A stretch of 64,000 nt of DNA. It comes from Bacteroidota bacterium (GTDB lineage: Bacteria > Bacteroidota > Ignavibacteria > Kapaibacteriales > Kapaibacteriaceae). Position 1 is the stretch's first letter. Each line of letters opens with the position of its first letter. The DNA is taken from assembly GCA_041170435.1 (NCBI GenBank), contig JBEAYU010000056.1:12272-76271 (forward strand). The letters are read 5' to 3'. The notes under the pieces were generated by a model. The model saw only the letters and a program-made list of their open reading frames with translations. It was not told the origin of the DNA and searched no databases. A program made the position numbers and the translations under genes. Shown here piece after piece: positions 1 to 9,141 of the stretch.

Positions 1-1186
1 CAATATGGAATGAATTGTTCGTGTTCGGAAGTTCGGTCACCCACCTGCTGGTGGTGACGCGATCTGCTGTGGAGGTGCTGACCTTCTTGCCGAGTGAAAG
101 GAGGGTCATCGACGCTGGGTAGCTGAAGGTCATGTCATAGAGAGCCTTGTGGAAGTATGAATGCGACGGGATCCAGTCCAGCGAGGTTCGGAGGATCGTG
201 TAGTCTTCCACGCGCTCGATCAGATCGCCATGATAGGCAACTCGCATCGTAAAGACCTGCCCCTTGGGCATCGGCTTGGGGAACTTCACAAAGAAGCTCG
301 ACTCATTCTTTGCTCGGAAGAACATGGTCTTCTGGCCGTCGATGAACACCGAATCAACTTTCACAATCGACGTCACCTCCATCTCCAACCAACGCAGGCC
401 ATCTTTGCGCGTCGTCATCTCGATGTCGTCCACCACATGAATATCCAGCGACCGGTCAATGTTGCACGTTGCGGTGTGCCGCTGGGTGCTGACGTCATCA
501 AGGGAGTTCGATCCGTCAGAGTCGACCTCCACTGCTCGTGAATCATCGGGACACATGTTCACTGAGGTCAGCTCTTTCGGGCCATTCTTGGAATCCTTGA
601 TCGTGAGCTTGAATGGCTCCATCTCGTAAGGATTATTGGTAATGTAGCAGTCGATATCACCACCGACGAGGCTCAGATCGTACGCGTTGATGCGCATGTA
701 CGGAACCGTGTCACGGTTGAGCAGGAATCGTGCTACCGCCGGATTGATCAGTTGCGGGTCTTTGTAGAGCATCAGATCCTTGACGGCATTCAGATGCTTG
801 TTCAAAACCAGATTCCCGATCGGTGAGGTTGGAAACTCCTCGATAAGCGAAACGAGTCTCTGATCGCCAAAGACAAACACTGCCGACGTACACTGCTTTG
901 CGTAGGCCGTAGCGCCGGTAAAGCGGCGCAGGTTGACCAATTCAGTTGGGTGATTCGGCGTAAATGACACATTGCAGGTGCCACGAAAGATGGCTGCAAT
1001 TCGACGTCCGTCAACGGGCTCAAGCATGACGATCGACCCACTGTCGAGCGAGATGGAATACAGCCCGTCTTCAAAGAACAGGCCCTCAACCTTTCGATGA
1101 CTCGCCGAGTCGATTCCTAGCGTATCGAGGCGCTTCATCAGAGATTCATATGTAAGATCGGTGCCCTGAGGACTAGGGGTGAGCAT
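1..1186 (-). CDS. hypothetical protein, N-terminal portion only; the gene runs off the left edge of the window
   Basis: Hand translation of the minus strand from an ATG at ~1184-1186 gives an open frame all the way to position 1 (MLTPSPQGTDLTYESLMKRLDTLGIDSASHRKVEGLFFEDGLYSISLDSGSIVMLEPVDGRRIAAIFRGTCNVSF...). There is no in-window stop, so it is missing from the ORF track. The listed ORFs 161..541(+), 711..893(-) and 802..1089(-) are in other frames and do not look like proteins. Confidence 0.45.
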   Translation of the reverse strand, partial: MLTPSPQGTDLTYESLMKRLDTLGIDSASHRKVEGLFFEDGLYSISLDSGSIVMLEPVDGRRIAAIFRGTCNVSFTPNHPTELVNLRRFTGATAYAKQCTSAVFVFGDQRLVSLIEEFPTSPIGNLVLNKHLNAVKDLMLYKDPQLINPAVARFLLNRDTVPYMRINAYDLSLVGGDIDCYITNNPYEMEPFKLTIKDSKNGPKELTSVNMCPDDSRAVEVDSDGSNSLDDVSTQRHTATCNIDRSLDIHVVDDIEMTTRKDGLRWLEMEVTSIVKVDSVFIDGQKTMFFRAKNESSFFVKFPKPMPKGQVFTMRVAYHGDLIERVEDYTILRTSLDWIPSHSYFHKALYDMTFSYPASMTLLSLGKKVSTSTADRVTTSRWVTELPNTNNSFHI

Positions 1187-1289
1187 TACTGCTCGAAGAA
1201 TGCTCGGGAGGGCAAGAAGCAGCCAAACTGTAGTGGAGATACGCATAAAAATCCTTGAAGTGATCGATTACGTATTGGGAGACACGTCG

Positions 1290-2177
1290 ATGGACCGGCC
1301 CGAATCTAATCGAATGGAAGCAACAGACCAAGTGTATCTTTGCCGCATGACAGAGCAGGTACAGGCCCTCGTGGGCAAAGAGTTTCGCTGTCTCGACAAA
1401 GGATTTGTTCGCCTCATCGACGTGATGGGCGATGATTCCGCGATCGTTCAGGCGGCGCGTGTTTCATATGGTTCAGGCACGAAGCAAGTGCACGAAGACA
1501 GGGGGCTCATCAGATATCTGATGCGTCACCTCCACACGACGCCGTTCGAGATGGTGGAGTTCAAGTTCCACGTCAAGCTGCCGATCTTCGTTGCCCGGCA
1601 ATGGATCCGACATCGCACGGCCAACGTCAATGAGTACTCGGGTCGATATTCCGAGATGAAGGACGAGTTCTACCTTCCGGATTCCGACCAAGTCCGCGCA
1701 CAGAGCTCCATGAATAAACAGGGTCGCGCTGATACGGCATTCGATCCAGCCGAAGCCGAGCGCATCCGCTCGGTGATGTCATCAACGCAGCAACACCTGT
1801 ACGACGAGTACCAGCAGCTTCTATCGACCGATCTGGCCCGGGAGATCGCCCGCATCAACCTACCGGTATCGAACTACACGGAGTGGTATTGGAAGATCGA
1901 TCTTCACAACCTCTTCCACTTTCTGAGACTTCGCATCGATCCGCATGCCCAGTATGAGATCCGCGTATACGGAGAGGCAATGGCCGAGATCGCCAAGGCC
2001 GCCGTGCCGCTTGCCTACGAGGCATTTGAGGACTACATCCTGCATGCTCGCAGATTTTCGCGCGCGGAACTCGAGATCATTCGTTCAACGTTGACGTCAT
2101 TGCCCACGGTCGATGAATTGCAGCTCAAGGGGCTGAGCGCTCGTGAAGCGAGGGAGTTTCTCGATAAACTTCAATAG
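1290..2177 (+). CDS. thyX: flavin-dependent thymidylate synthase ThyX
   Basis: ORF 1179..2177 (GTG start) carries the ThyX signature RHRTANVNEYSGRYS and the conserved VRLIDVMGDD..AARVSYG block. The likely real start is the internal ATG at 1290 (MDRPES...), which would leave ~100 bp of divergent promoter space from the upstream minus-strand gene. Confidence 0.85.
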   Translation: MDRPESNRMEATDQVYLCRMTEQVQALVGKEFRCLDKGFVRLIDVMGDDSAIVQAARVSYGSGTKQVHEDRGLIRYLMRHLHTTPFEMVEFKFHVKLPIFVARQWIRHRTANVNEYSGRYSEMKDEFYLPDSDQVRAQSSMNKQGRADTAFDPAEAERIRSVMSSTQQHLYDEYQQLLSTDLAREIARINLPVSNYTEWYWKIDLHNLFHFLRLRIDPHAQYEIRVYGEAMAEIAKAAVPLAYEAFEDYILHARRFSRAELEIIRSTLTSLPTVDELQLKGLSAREAREFLDKLQ

Positions 2178-2180
2178 TGG

Positions 2181-3239
2181 ATGTGCATGACACTTCGGAG
2201 CATCGGTAGGACTTTAGCTGCCATCATCGGCCTTGGTTCGATGGTGCTCTTGTTTATTGCCTGCACGACCGACCCCGTCGAACCAATACCGTCGGAGAGC
2301 CGCGTCCCAGCGCACCTTGCGCCCGTGCCCGTTCCGGGCGATAATCCGTTGACGCCGGCAAAGATCGAACTCGGCCGCCGTCTGTTCTATGATAAGCGCC
2401 TTTCGAGCCAAGGCACGGTGTCCTGCGCCTCATGTCATCGTCAGGAGCTGTCGTTCAGCGACGCTCCAAATCAGGTCAGTCGAGGTGTGTTCAATGCCCT
2501 CGGACAACGCAACGCCCCCTCCCTGCTCAACGTCGCCTACCGCCCGCATTACTTCTGGGACGGCCGTGCTGCAAGCCTTGAAGATCAGGCGATGACAGCC
2601 TTCCTTAGCTCTGTTGAAATGGACGCCGATACGATGGCGGTCTCGGCGCTGCTTCGCACTGAAGCGTATCGTCATTCGTGGAAGGCCGCATTCTCGGATA
2701 CGGCTGTGAGCATGCGCCGTGCGATGATGGCAATTGCGAGTTTTGAGCGGACGATCGTGAGCGCTGACAGTCGGTATGATCGGTATGTTCTTGGCGACCG
2801 GTCGGCTCTCTCCGAGCAGGAGCGACGTGGGATGAATCTTTTCTTCAGTTCGCGTTCGATGTGCGGATCGTGTCATGGGGGACAGGATCTGACGAATGAT
2901 CAGTTCCAGAACATCGGCCTGTTCAACCATTACTTTGATCGGGGCCGATTCAACGTCACGAAAGATCCTGCCGACGATGGTCTATTCAAGACTCCATCGC
3001 TGCGGAATGTTGCGTTGACACCGCCGTACATGGCCTCCGGTGATAGTGATAAGGGGCCCCTGACAACCCTGGAACAGGTTGTGGAGCACTACAACGAGGG
3101 CGGTACGCCATTCTCGAACAAGGACCGGCGTGTAAAGAAGCTTGGCCTCACAAAGTCTGAGGTTGCTGAGCTGGTTGCCTTCATGAAGGCGCTTACCGAC
3201 TCGTCATCTCTTACGCGGCCAGAGTGGTCAGCCCCGTAA
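2181..3239 (+). CDS. ccp: di-haem cytochrome c peroxidase (CCP/MauG family), lipoprotein
   Basis: Two CxxCH haem-binding motifs (CASCH, CGSCH), a lipoprotein-type signal (LLFIAC) and the FxDxRLS/GxVSCASCH architecture typical of bacterial CCP. It starts 4 nt after the thyX stop. Confidence 0.85.
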   Translation: MCMTLRSIGRTLAAIIGLGSMVLLFIACTTDPVEPIPSESRVPAHLAPVPVPGDNPLTPAKIELGRRLFYDKRLSSQGTVSCASCHRQELSFSDAPNQVSRGVFNALGQRNAPSLLNVAYRPHYFWDGRAASLEDQAMTAFLSSVEMDADTMAVSALLRTEAYRHSWKAAFSDTAVSMRRAMMAIASFERTIVSADSRYDRYVLGDRSALSEQERRGMNLFFSSRSMCGSCHGGQDLTNDQFQNIGLFNHYFDRGRFNVTKDPADDGLFKTPSLRNVALTPPYMASGDSDKGPLTTLEQVVEHYNEGGTPFSNKDRRVKKLGLTKSEVAELVAFMKALTDSSSLTRPEWSAP

Positions 3240-3317
3240 TGATTTGATCACGGCAATCGTCCCACTGTTACGTGAGATTGAACATGCCGTAACGTCTGCG
3301 TGACGTACGTCTGACAC

Positions 3318-3345
3318 TTTTGCATCGTTATGAATCGATGCAAAA
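3318..3345. promoter_or_regulatory. perfect 10-nt inverted repeat (TTTTGCATCG-N8-CGATGCAAAA) spanning the start codon of the first operon gene
   Basis: Read directly from the sequence at 3318-3327 and 3336-3345. The ATG at 3330 lies in the 8-nt spacer. Confidence 0.5.
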
Positions 3346-4340
3346 TTCTCTTCATCTGCGGCTCGGTGAACCAGACTACGATGATGGTGCAGATCGCACG
3401 ACATCTTGGTCATCACGATTGTTCCTTTACACCGCACTACGCCGATGGCCTCCTCGAGAAGGCGGCACGGGCAGGACTCCTTGAGTGGACGATCATTGGC
3501 AACCGTCATCGGCAGCGCGCGCTCGCCGTCCTTCAGTCACATGGTTGCAAGCTCGATGAGTATGGTCGCAACGGTGGGTATGACCTTGTGGTCACGTGCA
3601 GTGACCTTGTCGTACAGCGAAACGTCCGCAAACTGCCCGTGATCCTTGTTCAGGAGGGCATGACCGATCCAGAGAACCTGATGTACCGCGCAGTGGTAGC
3701 ACTTGGACTGCCACGGTATCTGGCTTCAACGTCGACATTTGGCCTGTCGCACATGTACCGACATCTCTGCGTGGCTTCAGAAGGATATCGAGAGCACTTC
3801 CGACGCAAGGGAGTCGATGACGCCAAGATTCGTGTCACAGGCATTCCCAACTTCGATGACTGCGCTCGATTCCTGGATGAACCGGTGGCACATCGCGACT
3901 ACGTCTTAGTGGCCACGAGCGATGCGCGCGAAACACTCAAGTATGAGGATCGTCAGCGCACCATTGAGTACGCCCTTTCCATTGCGGCCGGCCGGCAACT
4001 TGTCTTCAAACTTCATCCCAATGAACGGGTCGATAGGGCAAGGCGTGAGATCGAGCGATGGGCGCCCGGGTCGGCGATTTATCATGATTGCGACATCAAC
4101 CCGCTGATCGCTCATTGTGATGCACTGATAACAAAGTTCTCATCCTGTGTCTACGTAGGAATCGCCCTAGGAAAGGAAGTCTACAGTGACTTCTCGGTCG
4201 AGCAGCTCAGGCGTATGTGCCCGATTCAAAACGGGGGCACGTCGGCACAAGCCATTGCCGAGGTCTGCTCTGAGGTGTTGGAGCAAGGACTGAGCAATGA
4301 CGAGGGCCAACAGACATTTCAGTTCCGGAGGGCTATATGA
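3330..4340 (+). CDS. GT-B-like glycosyl/ulosonyl-transferase candidate with an HP motif (KpsS/KpsC-, TagF- or sialyltransferase-like family unresolved)
   Basis: N-terminal Rossmann-like ILFICGS...; conserved FKLHPNER 'HP' motif and a C-terminal ITKFSSCVYVGIALGKEVY block, both typical of HP-motif GT-B enzymes. The first gene of the operon; its stop overlaps the next start (ATGA). Confidence 0.45.
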   Translation: MNRCKILFICGSVNQTTMMVQIARHLGHHDCSFTPHYADGLLEKAARAGLLEWTIIGNRHRQRALAVLQSHGCKLDEYGRNGGYDLVVTCSDLVVQRNVRKLPVILVQEGMTDPENLMYRAVVALGLPRYLASTSTFGLSHMYRHLCVASEGYREHFRRKGVDDAKIRVTGIPNFDDCARFLDEPVAHRDYVLVATSDARETLKYEDRQRTIEYALSIAAGRQLVFKLHPNERVDRARREIERWAPGSAIYHDCDINPLIAHCDALITKFSSCVYVGIALGKEVYSDFSVEQLRRMCPIQNGGTSAQAIAEVCSEVLEQGLSNDEGQQTFQFRRAI

Positions 4341-5128
4341 TACTGAAGCCTCGGGTGGTGATCATCTGTCAGGCTCGCACAGGGTCGAGCCGCCTTCCAG
4401 GAAAGGTCCTTCTGCCAGTAGCAGGGGAGCCCCTTTTGATCCGATTTCTTGAGCGTGTTTCGATGTCGAAGCATGCAGGACACATGGTTGTGGCAACAAC
4501 GCACAGGCCGCAGGATGACGAGATCGTTCGCCTCTGCTCGGGACGAGGCTATTCGGTGTTCCGCGGAGATGAGAACGATTTGCTCGACCGGCATTTCCGT
4601 GCAGCGCAAATGATGGAGGCCGATGTTGTGGTCAAGATTCCCACTGACTGCCCCCTGATCGACCCACGGGTGATCGACATGGTCATCGACGCATTTCTCA
4701 GACGGTATCCGCACGTCGACTACGTCAGTAATCTGCATCCAGGTACCTGGCCCGACGGAAACGACGTCGAGGTCATGTCGTTCCTTGCTCTGCAACGTGC
4801 CTGGGTAAGTGCTACCAAGCCACATCAGCGTGAGCACACTACGCCGTGGCTGTGGGAAGACAACCTGAATACACGATGCATGAATGTTGAGCGGCCGGAT
4901 GGACGGAAACTTGACGACCGCCATCGGTGGACGATCGACCAGCCCGAGGACTACTTACTGATCCGAGCGGTGTTCGACGCACTGTATTGGAATGATCCGC
5001 GCTTTCGCTGTGAGGATGTGCTGTCGTTTCTGGAGAATCACCCGGAGATCGATCTGATCAACGAGCACCTGCGGGGTCAGAGCTGGTATGTGACGCATTT
5101 GCAAACACAGAAGAGGATCGCCTCATGA
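4337..5128 (+). CDS. acylneuraminate/CMP-ulosonate cytidylyltransferase family protein (NeuA/PseF/SpsF/KdsB-like)
   Basis: N-terminal VVIICQARTGSSRLPGKVLLPVAGEPLL matches the CTP_transf_3 nucleotide-binding motif (compare KdsB IIPARYASTRLPGKPL). Its length (263 aa) fits this family. Confidence 0.75.
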   Translation: MILKPRVVIICQARTGSSRLPGKVLLPVAGEPLLIRFLERVSMSKHAGHMVVATTHRPQDDEIVRLCSGRGYSVFRGDENDLLDRHFRAAQMMEADVVVKIPTDCPLIDPRVIDMVIDAFLRRYPHVDYVSNLHPGTWPDGNDVEVMSFLALQRAWVSATKPHQREHTTPWLWEDNLNTRCMNVERPDGRKLDDRHRWTIDQPEDYLLIRAVFDALYWNDPRFRCEDVLSFLENHPEIDLINEHLRGQSWYVTHLQTQKRIAS

Positions 5129-5982
5129 CGCATGAGCAACAGGAAGAATTGGAACAAGCTGCCCTGCGGGTGCGTCAGCACATTGTTCGGATGTCCACCA
5201 ATGGCGGCTGCTTCATCGGAGCGTCTTTGTCGTGCGCCGACATCTTGGTGTATCTCTACTGGCGCTACCTCAATATCAGTCCCATGACGGTGAACGCAGA
5301 GGACCGCGACGTACTGCTGCTGTCGAAGGGGCACGATGTACCGGCATTGTATGGAGTACTTGCAGAGAGGGGATTCATCAGCAAGACGCGGCTTGGGCAC
5401 CATCTCTCGGTTGAGGATAGCATCTACTGGCATCCGAACCGCTCCGTCAGCGGAGTGGAGTTCCACTCAGGCTCGCTCGGGCACCTGCTCAGCGTGGGCA
5501 TTGGGATGGCACTCGATGCGCGTATGAAGGGGCTGCCCACGCGAGTGGTCGTGATCCTTGGCGATGGCGAGCTCAACGAAGGAAGCATCTGGGAGGCATG
5601 CCTTGTTGCATCGGCTCTGAGCATCGACAATCTCGTGGCGATCGTCGACCGAAATCATTTTCAAGCGAACATTCGCACCGAAGATCTCATTCCGCTCGAG
5701 CCCCTTTCCGAAAAGTTCAGAGCCTTCGGTTGGGATGCCATGCACGTCAACGGCCACGACATGCGATCTCTCGACGAGTGCTTTGGCTCTCTGCAGCTCA
5801 ATACCGGACGTCCCACGGTTGTCATCGCCGACACACGAAGAGGTAAGGGGCTTCCCAGCATCGAGGAGCAGGCCGACCGTTGGTTCTGCAACTTCAGTGC
5901 CGATGAAGCCGATGCGCTCCTTGATGAGCTCAACGGAAATGCACGCGCCACCATCACCTCAGAAAGGCTTATCGTACGATGA
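5125..5982 (+). CDS. transketolase, N-terminal (ThDP-binding) subunit
   Basis: GDGELNEGSIWEA ThDP-binding motif; its length (285 aa) fits split transketolases; 4-nt overlap with both neighbouring genes. Confidence 0.85.
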   Translation: MTHEQQEELEQAALRVRQHIVRMSTNGGCFIGASLSCADILVYLYWRYLNISPMTVNAEDRDVLLLSKGHDVPALYGVLAERGFISKTRLGHHLSVEDSIYWHPNRSVSGVEFHSGSLGHLLSVGIGMALDARMKGLPTRVVVILGDGELNEGSIWEACLVASALSIDNLVAIVDRNHFQANIRTEDLIPLEPLSEKFRAFGWDAMHVNGHDMRSLDECFGSLQLNTGRPTVVIADTRRGKGLPSIEEQADRWFCNFSADEADALLDELNGNARATITSERLIVR

Positions 5983-6947
5983 ATGCCTACGAAACGCTCC
6001 TCCTCGATGCAGCCGCACGCGACGAGCGTCTGGTTGTGATCACGGCCGAGAACCGCGGCCACATGCGGACCGTTCCTCCGATGCTTGGAGATCGATTCAT
6101 AGACGTTGGGATCGCCGAACAGACGATGATCGGAATGGCTGCCGGCATGGCGGTGCGCGGTCGCGTTGTTGTGACGCATGCTCTGGCAGCATTTCTGACG
6201 ATGCGTGCCTTCGAGTTTATTCGTGACGACGTGGCGATCAGCAATGCCGCGGTGATCATGGTAGGCATGGTGCCCGGAGTACTCAGCGATGGGAATGGAC
6301 CAACGCATCAGGCCATCGAGGATGTGTCGATCATGCGCGGCCTGCCAAACGTCAACGTCTTCTGTCCATGCGACGAGCGTGACTTCATCGATGGCATGCG
6401 CGTACTGCTTGACTCACACGCACCATGGTACGTGCGCTACATCAGCACTCCGGATCTGCTGATCGATCGCGTAGCCTTTGAACCCGGCCGAGCAATGATC
6501 ATCCGTGGTGCTTCCCTGCATCGTCCGAACGTGACGATCCTTACCTACGGATTTCTCACCCGTCAGTGCATTGAAGCTGCGGATGAATTGGGTCGTGACG
6601 ACATTCATGTCCGCGTGGTACACATGCGGACCCTTAAACCGGTGGACGCTGCGACCATCCTCCATGCAGCCGCGACCAGCGAATTGGTCGTGACCGTGGA
6701 AGATCATCTCTTGACGGGTGGCTTGGCAACGATCGTTGCCGAGACTCTCATGGCACACGGGAAAGGGGCTCCCGTGCTCACGCTTGGCTTCCCAACGTGG
6801 TTTCGACCGGGGCGACTCAACGAGGTCCTTGAGTATGAACGCCTGAGCTCGCAGGCGATCGCACAGCGCATCCGCCAACGACTGGCCGATATCGTGCATC
6901 CGTCGACCGAGCCCCCTACACAACATCACGAGGTATCCCATGCATGA
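5979..6947 (+). CDS. transketolase, C-terminal (pyrimidine-binding/C-terminal domain) subunit
   Basis: DVGIAEQTMIGMAAGMA... and GPTHQAIEDVSIMRGLPN motifs of the transketolase Pyr and C-terminal domains. Forms a pair with the upstream N-terminal subunit. Confidence 0.85.
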   Translation: MNAYETLLLDAAARDERLVVITAENRGHMRTVPPMLGDRFIDVGIAEQTMIGMAAGMAVRGRVVVTHALAAFLTMRAFEFIRDDVAISNAAVIMVGMVPGVLSDGNGPTHQAIEDVSIMRGLPNVNVFCPCDERDFIDGMRVLLDSHAPWYVRYISTPDLLIDRVAFEPGRAMIIRGASLHRPNVTILTYGFLTRQCIEAADELGRDDIHVRVVHMRTLKPVDAATILHAAATSELVVTVEDHLLTGGLATIVAETLMAHGKGAPVLTLGFPTWFRPGRLNEVLEYERLSSQAIAQRIRQRLADIVHPSTEPPTQHHEVSHA

Positions 6948-8271
6948 ACCAACGTATCCGCCCATCCAGCGCTCCACGGAGTTACTCCAACGTGCCGAGC
7001 GCATCATTCCCGCGACCACGCAAACGCTCGCGAAAGGTCCCGGACAGCATGTGCGTGGCGTAGCGCCTGTCTATGCCCGTCGCGGTAAGGGGGCATACCT
7101 GTGGGACGTCGATGATAACAGATACCTTGACTACTCGATGGCCATTGGACCGCTGATCCTGGGCTACGCAGATCCGGGAGTGAACCGCGCCATCGAGGCT
7201 CAGCTGCATGATGGAATCACATTCTCGCTCATGCATCCTCTGGAAGTGGAGGTTGCGGAGCTGATCCATGGGATCATCCCAAACGCCGAGAACGTGCGCT
7301 ATTCGAAGACGGGGTGTGACGTCACGTCAGCCGCCGTGCGCTTGGCACGTGCCTATACCGGCCGCTCCACCGTGCTCTGCTGTGGATACCATGGCTGGCA
7401 CGACTGGTACATCGCCACGACAGATCGCGCCATGGGTATCCCTCATGCCGTGCGTGACCTGACATATACGTTCAGCTACAACAGCATTCAGAGTGTGTAC
7501 AATGCTATCGATGCCGATACGGCAGCGATCATTCTTGAGCCGATGACCTTCGATGAACCGAACGATGGATTCTTGCAAGAGTTGCGTGAACTGTGTGATC
7601 AGCGTGGCATCGTTCTAATCTTCGATGAGATGTGGACCGGCTTTCGGATCTCTCCCGGCGGTGCACAAATGCGATTCGGTGTCAAGGCAGACCTTGCATG
7701 CTTCTCAAAGGCCGTGGCCAATGGTATGCCGCTGTCTGTTCTGACGGGGCGTGCCGACATCATGCGCCTGCTTGAGCATGATGTATTCTTTTTTACGACC
7801 TTTGGCGGGGAAGCTCTATCACTTGCCGCTGCCAAGGCCACACTTCATCGCCTCGTTGACGGCGAAGTCCTACAGCGCATCGAGCTCATCGGCGATGAAC
7901 TCCGAGAAGGTATCCGGGGAATTCTTGCCGATAATTACATGTCGTATGTCAGCTGCAAGGGGCTTGGTGCACGTACGATGCTGGCGTTCTCGGACACGGC
8001 GGGTGACCCGTTGCTGATGAGGTCGTTCATCCAGCAAGAACTCCTCAAGAACGGGATTCTTTGGAACGGCTTCCATAACCTGAGCGCCTCGCACACGCCA
8101 AGCGATATCCAGTATACTCTCGATATCTACTCAGAGGTCCTTCCCATGCTTCACGAGCACATTCGCATGGGGACACTCGCGATGTCGCTTCGGGGCCGCC
8201 CCGTCGAGCCGGTGTTCCGCAAGACTGGGGGCTTTAATACCAAACCTCGCGTTGAGGTGCACGAGCAATGA
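6940..8271 (+). CDS. class III (glutamate-1-semialdehyde 2,1-aminomutase-like) PLP aminotransferase
   Basis: HemL-family signature: GxxFS...YxKTGCDV..., DEMWTGFRIS and SKAVANGMPLS (PLP-lysine region). 443 aa. Confidence 0.8.
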   Translation: MHEPTYPPIQRSTELLQRAERIIPATTQTLAKGPGQHVRGVAPVYARRGKGAYLWDVDDNRYLDYSMAIGPLILGYADPGVNRAIEAQLHDGITFSLMHPLEVEVAELIHGIIPNAENVRYSKTGCDVTSAAVRLARAYTGRSTVLCCGYHGWHDWYIATTDRAMGIPHAVRDLTYTFSYNSIQSVYNAIDADTAAIILEPMTFDEPNDGFLQELRELCDQRGIVLIFDEMWTGFRISPGGAQMRFGVKADLACFSKAVANGMPLSVLTGRADIMRLLEHDVFFFTTFGGEALSLAAAKATLHRLVDGEVLQRIELIGDELREGIRGILADNYMSYVSCKGLGARTMLAFSDTAGDPLLMRSFIQQELLKNGILWNGFHNLSASHTPSDIQYTLDIYSEVLPMLHEHIRMGTLAMSLRGRPVEPVFRKTGGFNTKPRVEVHEQ

Positions 8272-9074
8272 ATGATATGTTTTCACTCTCGGGTAGGGTG
8301 GCGATCGTCACCGGCGCTGGCGGGCTCCTTGGACGTGAGCATTGCGTGGCTTTGGCCGATGCAGGGGCAACCGTGTATGCGTGTGACATCAATGCGAATG
8401 CAGCATGGGCGGTTGCCTCCGAGATCGGTTCACATCACGTTGGCGTTGCCCTTGATGTCACCGATTCAGAGAGTATCGTCGAGCTTCGGCAGCGCATCCT
8501 ATCTGACACCGGACGCATTGACGTGCTCATCAACAACGCAGCAATGAACGACATGGTCGAAGCACCACTCTCCACCGGCGCTGTCTCGGCCTTCGAGAAC
8601 TATCCGCTAGACCTGTTTCGACGAGTTCTGGATGTGAACGTCACGGGTGTGTTTCTCACCAGCCAGATCATCGGTTCACACATGGCAAGCGTCGGACGCG
8701 GATCGATCATCAATGTCGCATCTACCTACGGAGTGGTCGCACCCGATCAGCGCCTCTACAGACGTTCCGACGGAACGCAGACATTCTTTAAGAGTGCCGC
8801 CTATCCTGCTTCGAAGGGGGCGGTCGTGATGCTCACGAAGTTCCTGGCAACCTATTGGGCCAGACAGGGTGTTCGGGCCAATGCATTGTCACCCGGAGGG
8901 GTGGCTAACGGACAGGACGAGCATTTTCAACATCTGTATGCCGAGCGTACTCCCATGGGTCGGATGGCAGCACCCTCAGACTACAGGTCGGCACTCGTTT
9001 TCCTGGCGTCTGACGCATCGGCATACATGACGGGACAGAACCTCATCGTCGATGGGGGCTGGACCGCATGGTAA
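8268..9074 (+). CDS. short-chain dehydrogenase/reductase (SDR) family oxidoreductase
   Basis: TGAGGLLG Rossmann motif, NNAA and the catalytic YPASK motif. Confidence 0.85.
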   Translation: MNDMFSLSGRVAIVTGAGGLLGREHCVALADAGATVYACDINANAAWAVASEIGSHHVGVALDVTDSESIVELRQRILSDTGRIDVLINNAAMNDMVEAPLSTGAVSAFENYPLDLFRRVLDVNVTGVFLTSQIIGSHMASVGRGSIINVASTYGVVAPDQRLYRRSDGTQTFFKSAAYPASKGAVVMLTKFLATYWARQGVRANALSPGGVANGQDEHFQHLYAERTPMGRMAAPSDYRSALVFLASDASAYMTGQNLIVDGGWTAW

Positions 9075-9141
9075 TTGTTTCAACGATCATTCACGCGCAT
9101 GCCGCAGCAGCACACCTTCTTCAATCTTCGCAGAGGTCAAC

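Noticed and set aside
161-541. 126-aa + strand ORF at the left edge
   Set aside because: R/H-rich and not protein-like. It lies antisense to a long uninterrupted minus-strand frame (feature 1..1186) that looks like the real gene.
1179-1289. GTG-initiated 37-codon N-terminal extension of thyX
   Set aside because: It would leave no divergent promoter space with the upstream minus-strand gene (start ~1186). The conserved ThyX N-terminus begins after the ATG at 1290.
5661-6308. 215-aa minus-strand ORF across the transketolase subunit junction
   Set aside because: Antisense to two well-supported transketolase subunit genes.
9052-9141. N-terminal 30 codons of the NeuB-like ORF overlapping the SDR stop
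   Set aside because: A C/R/S-rich, non-conserved stretch. The canonical NeuB N-terminus (IIAEVGINHNGS) follows the ATG at 9142.
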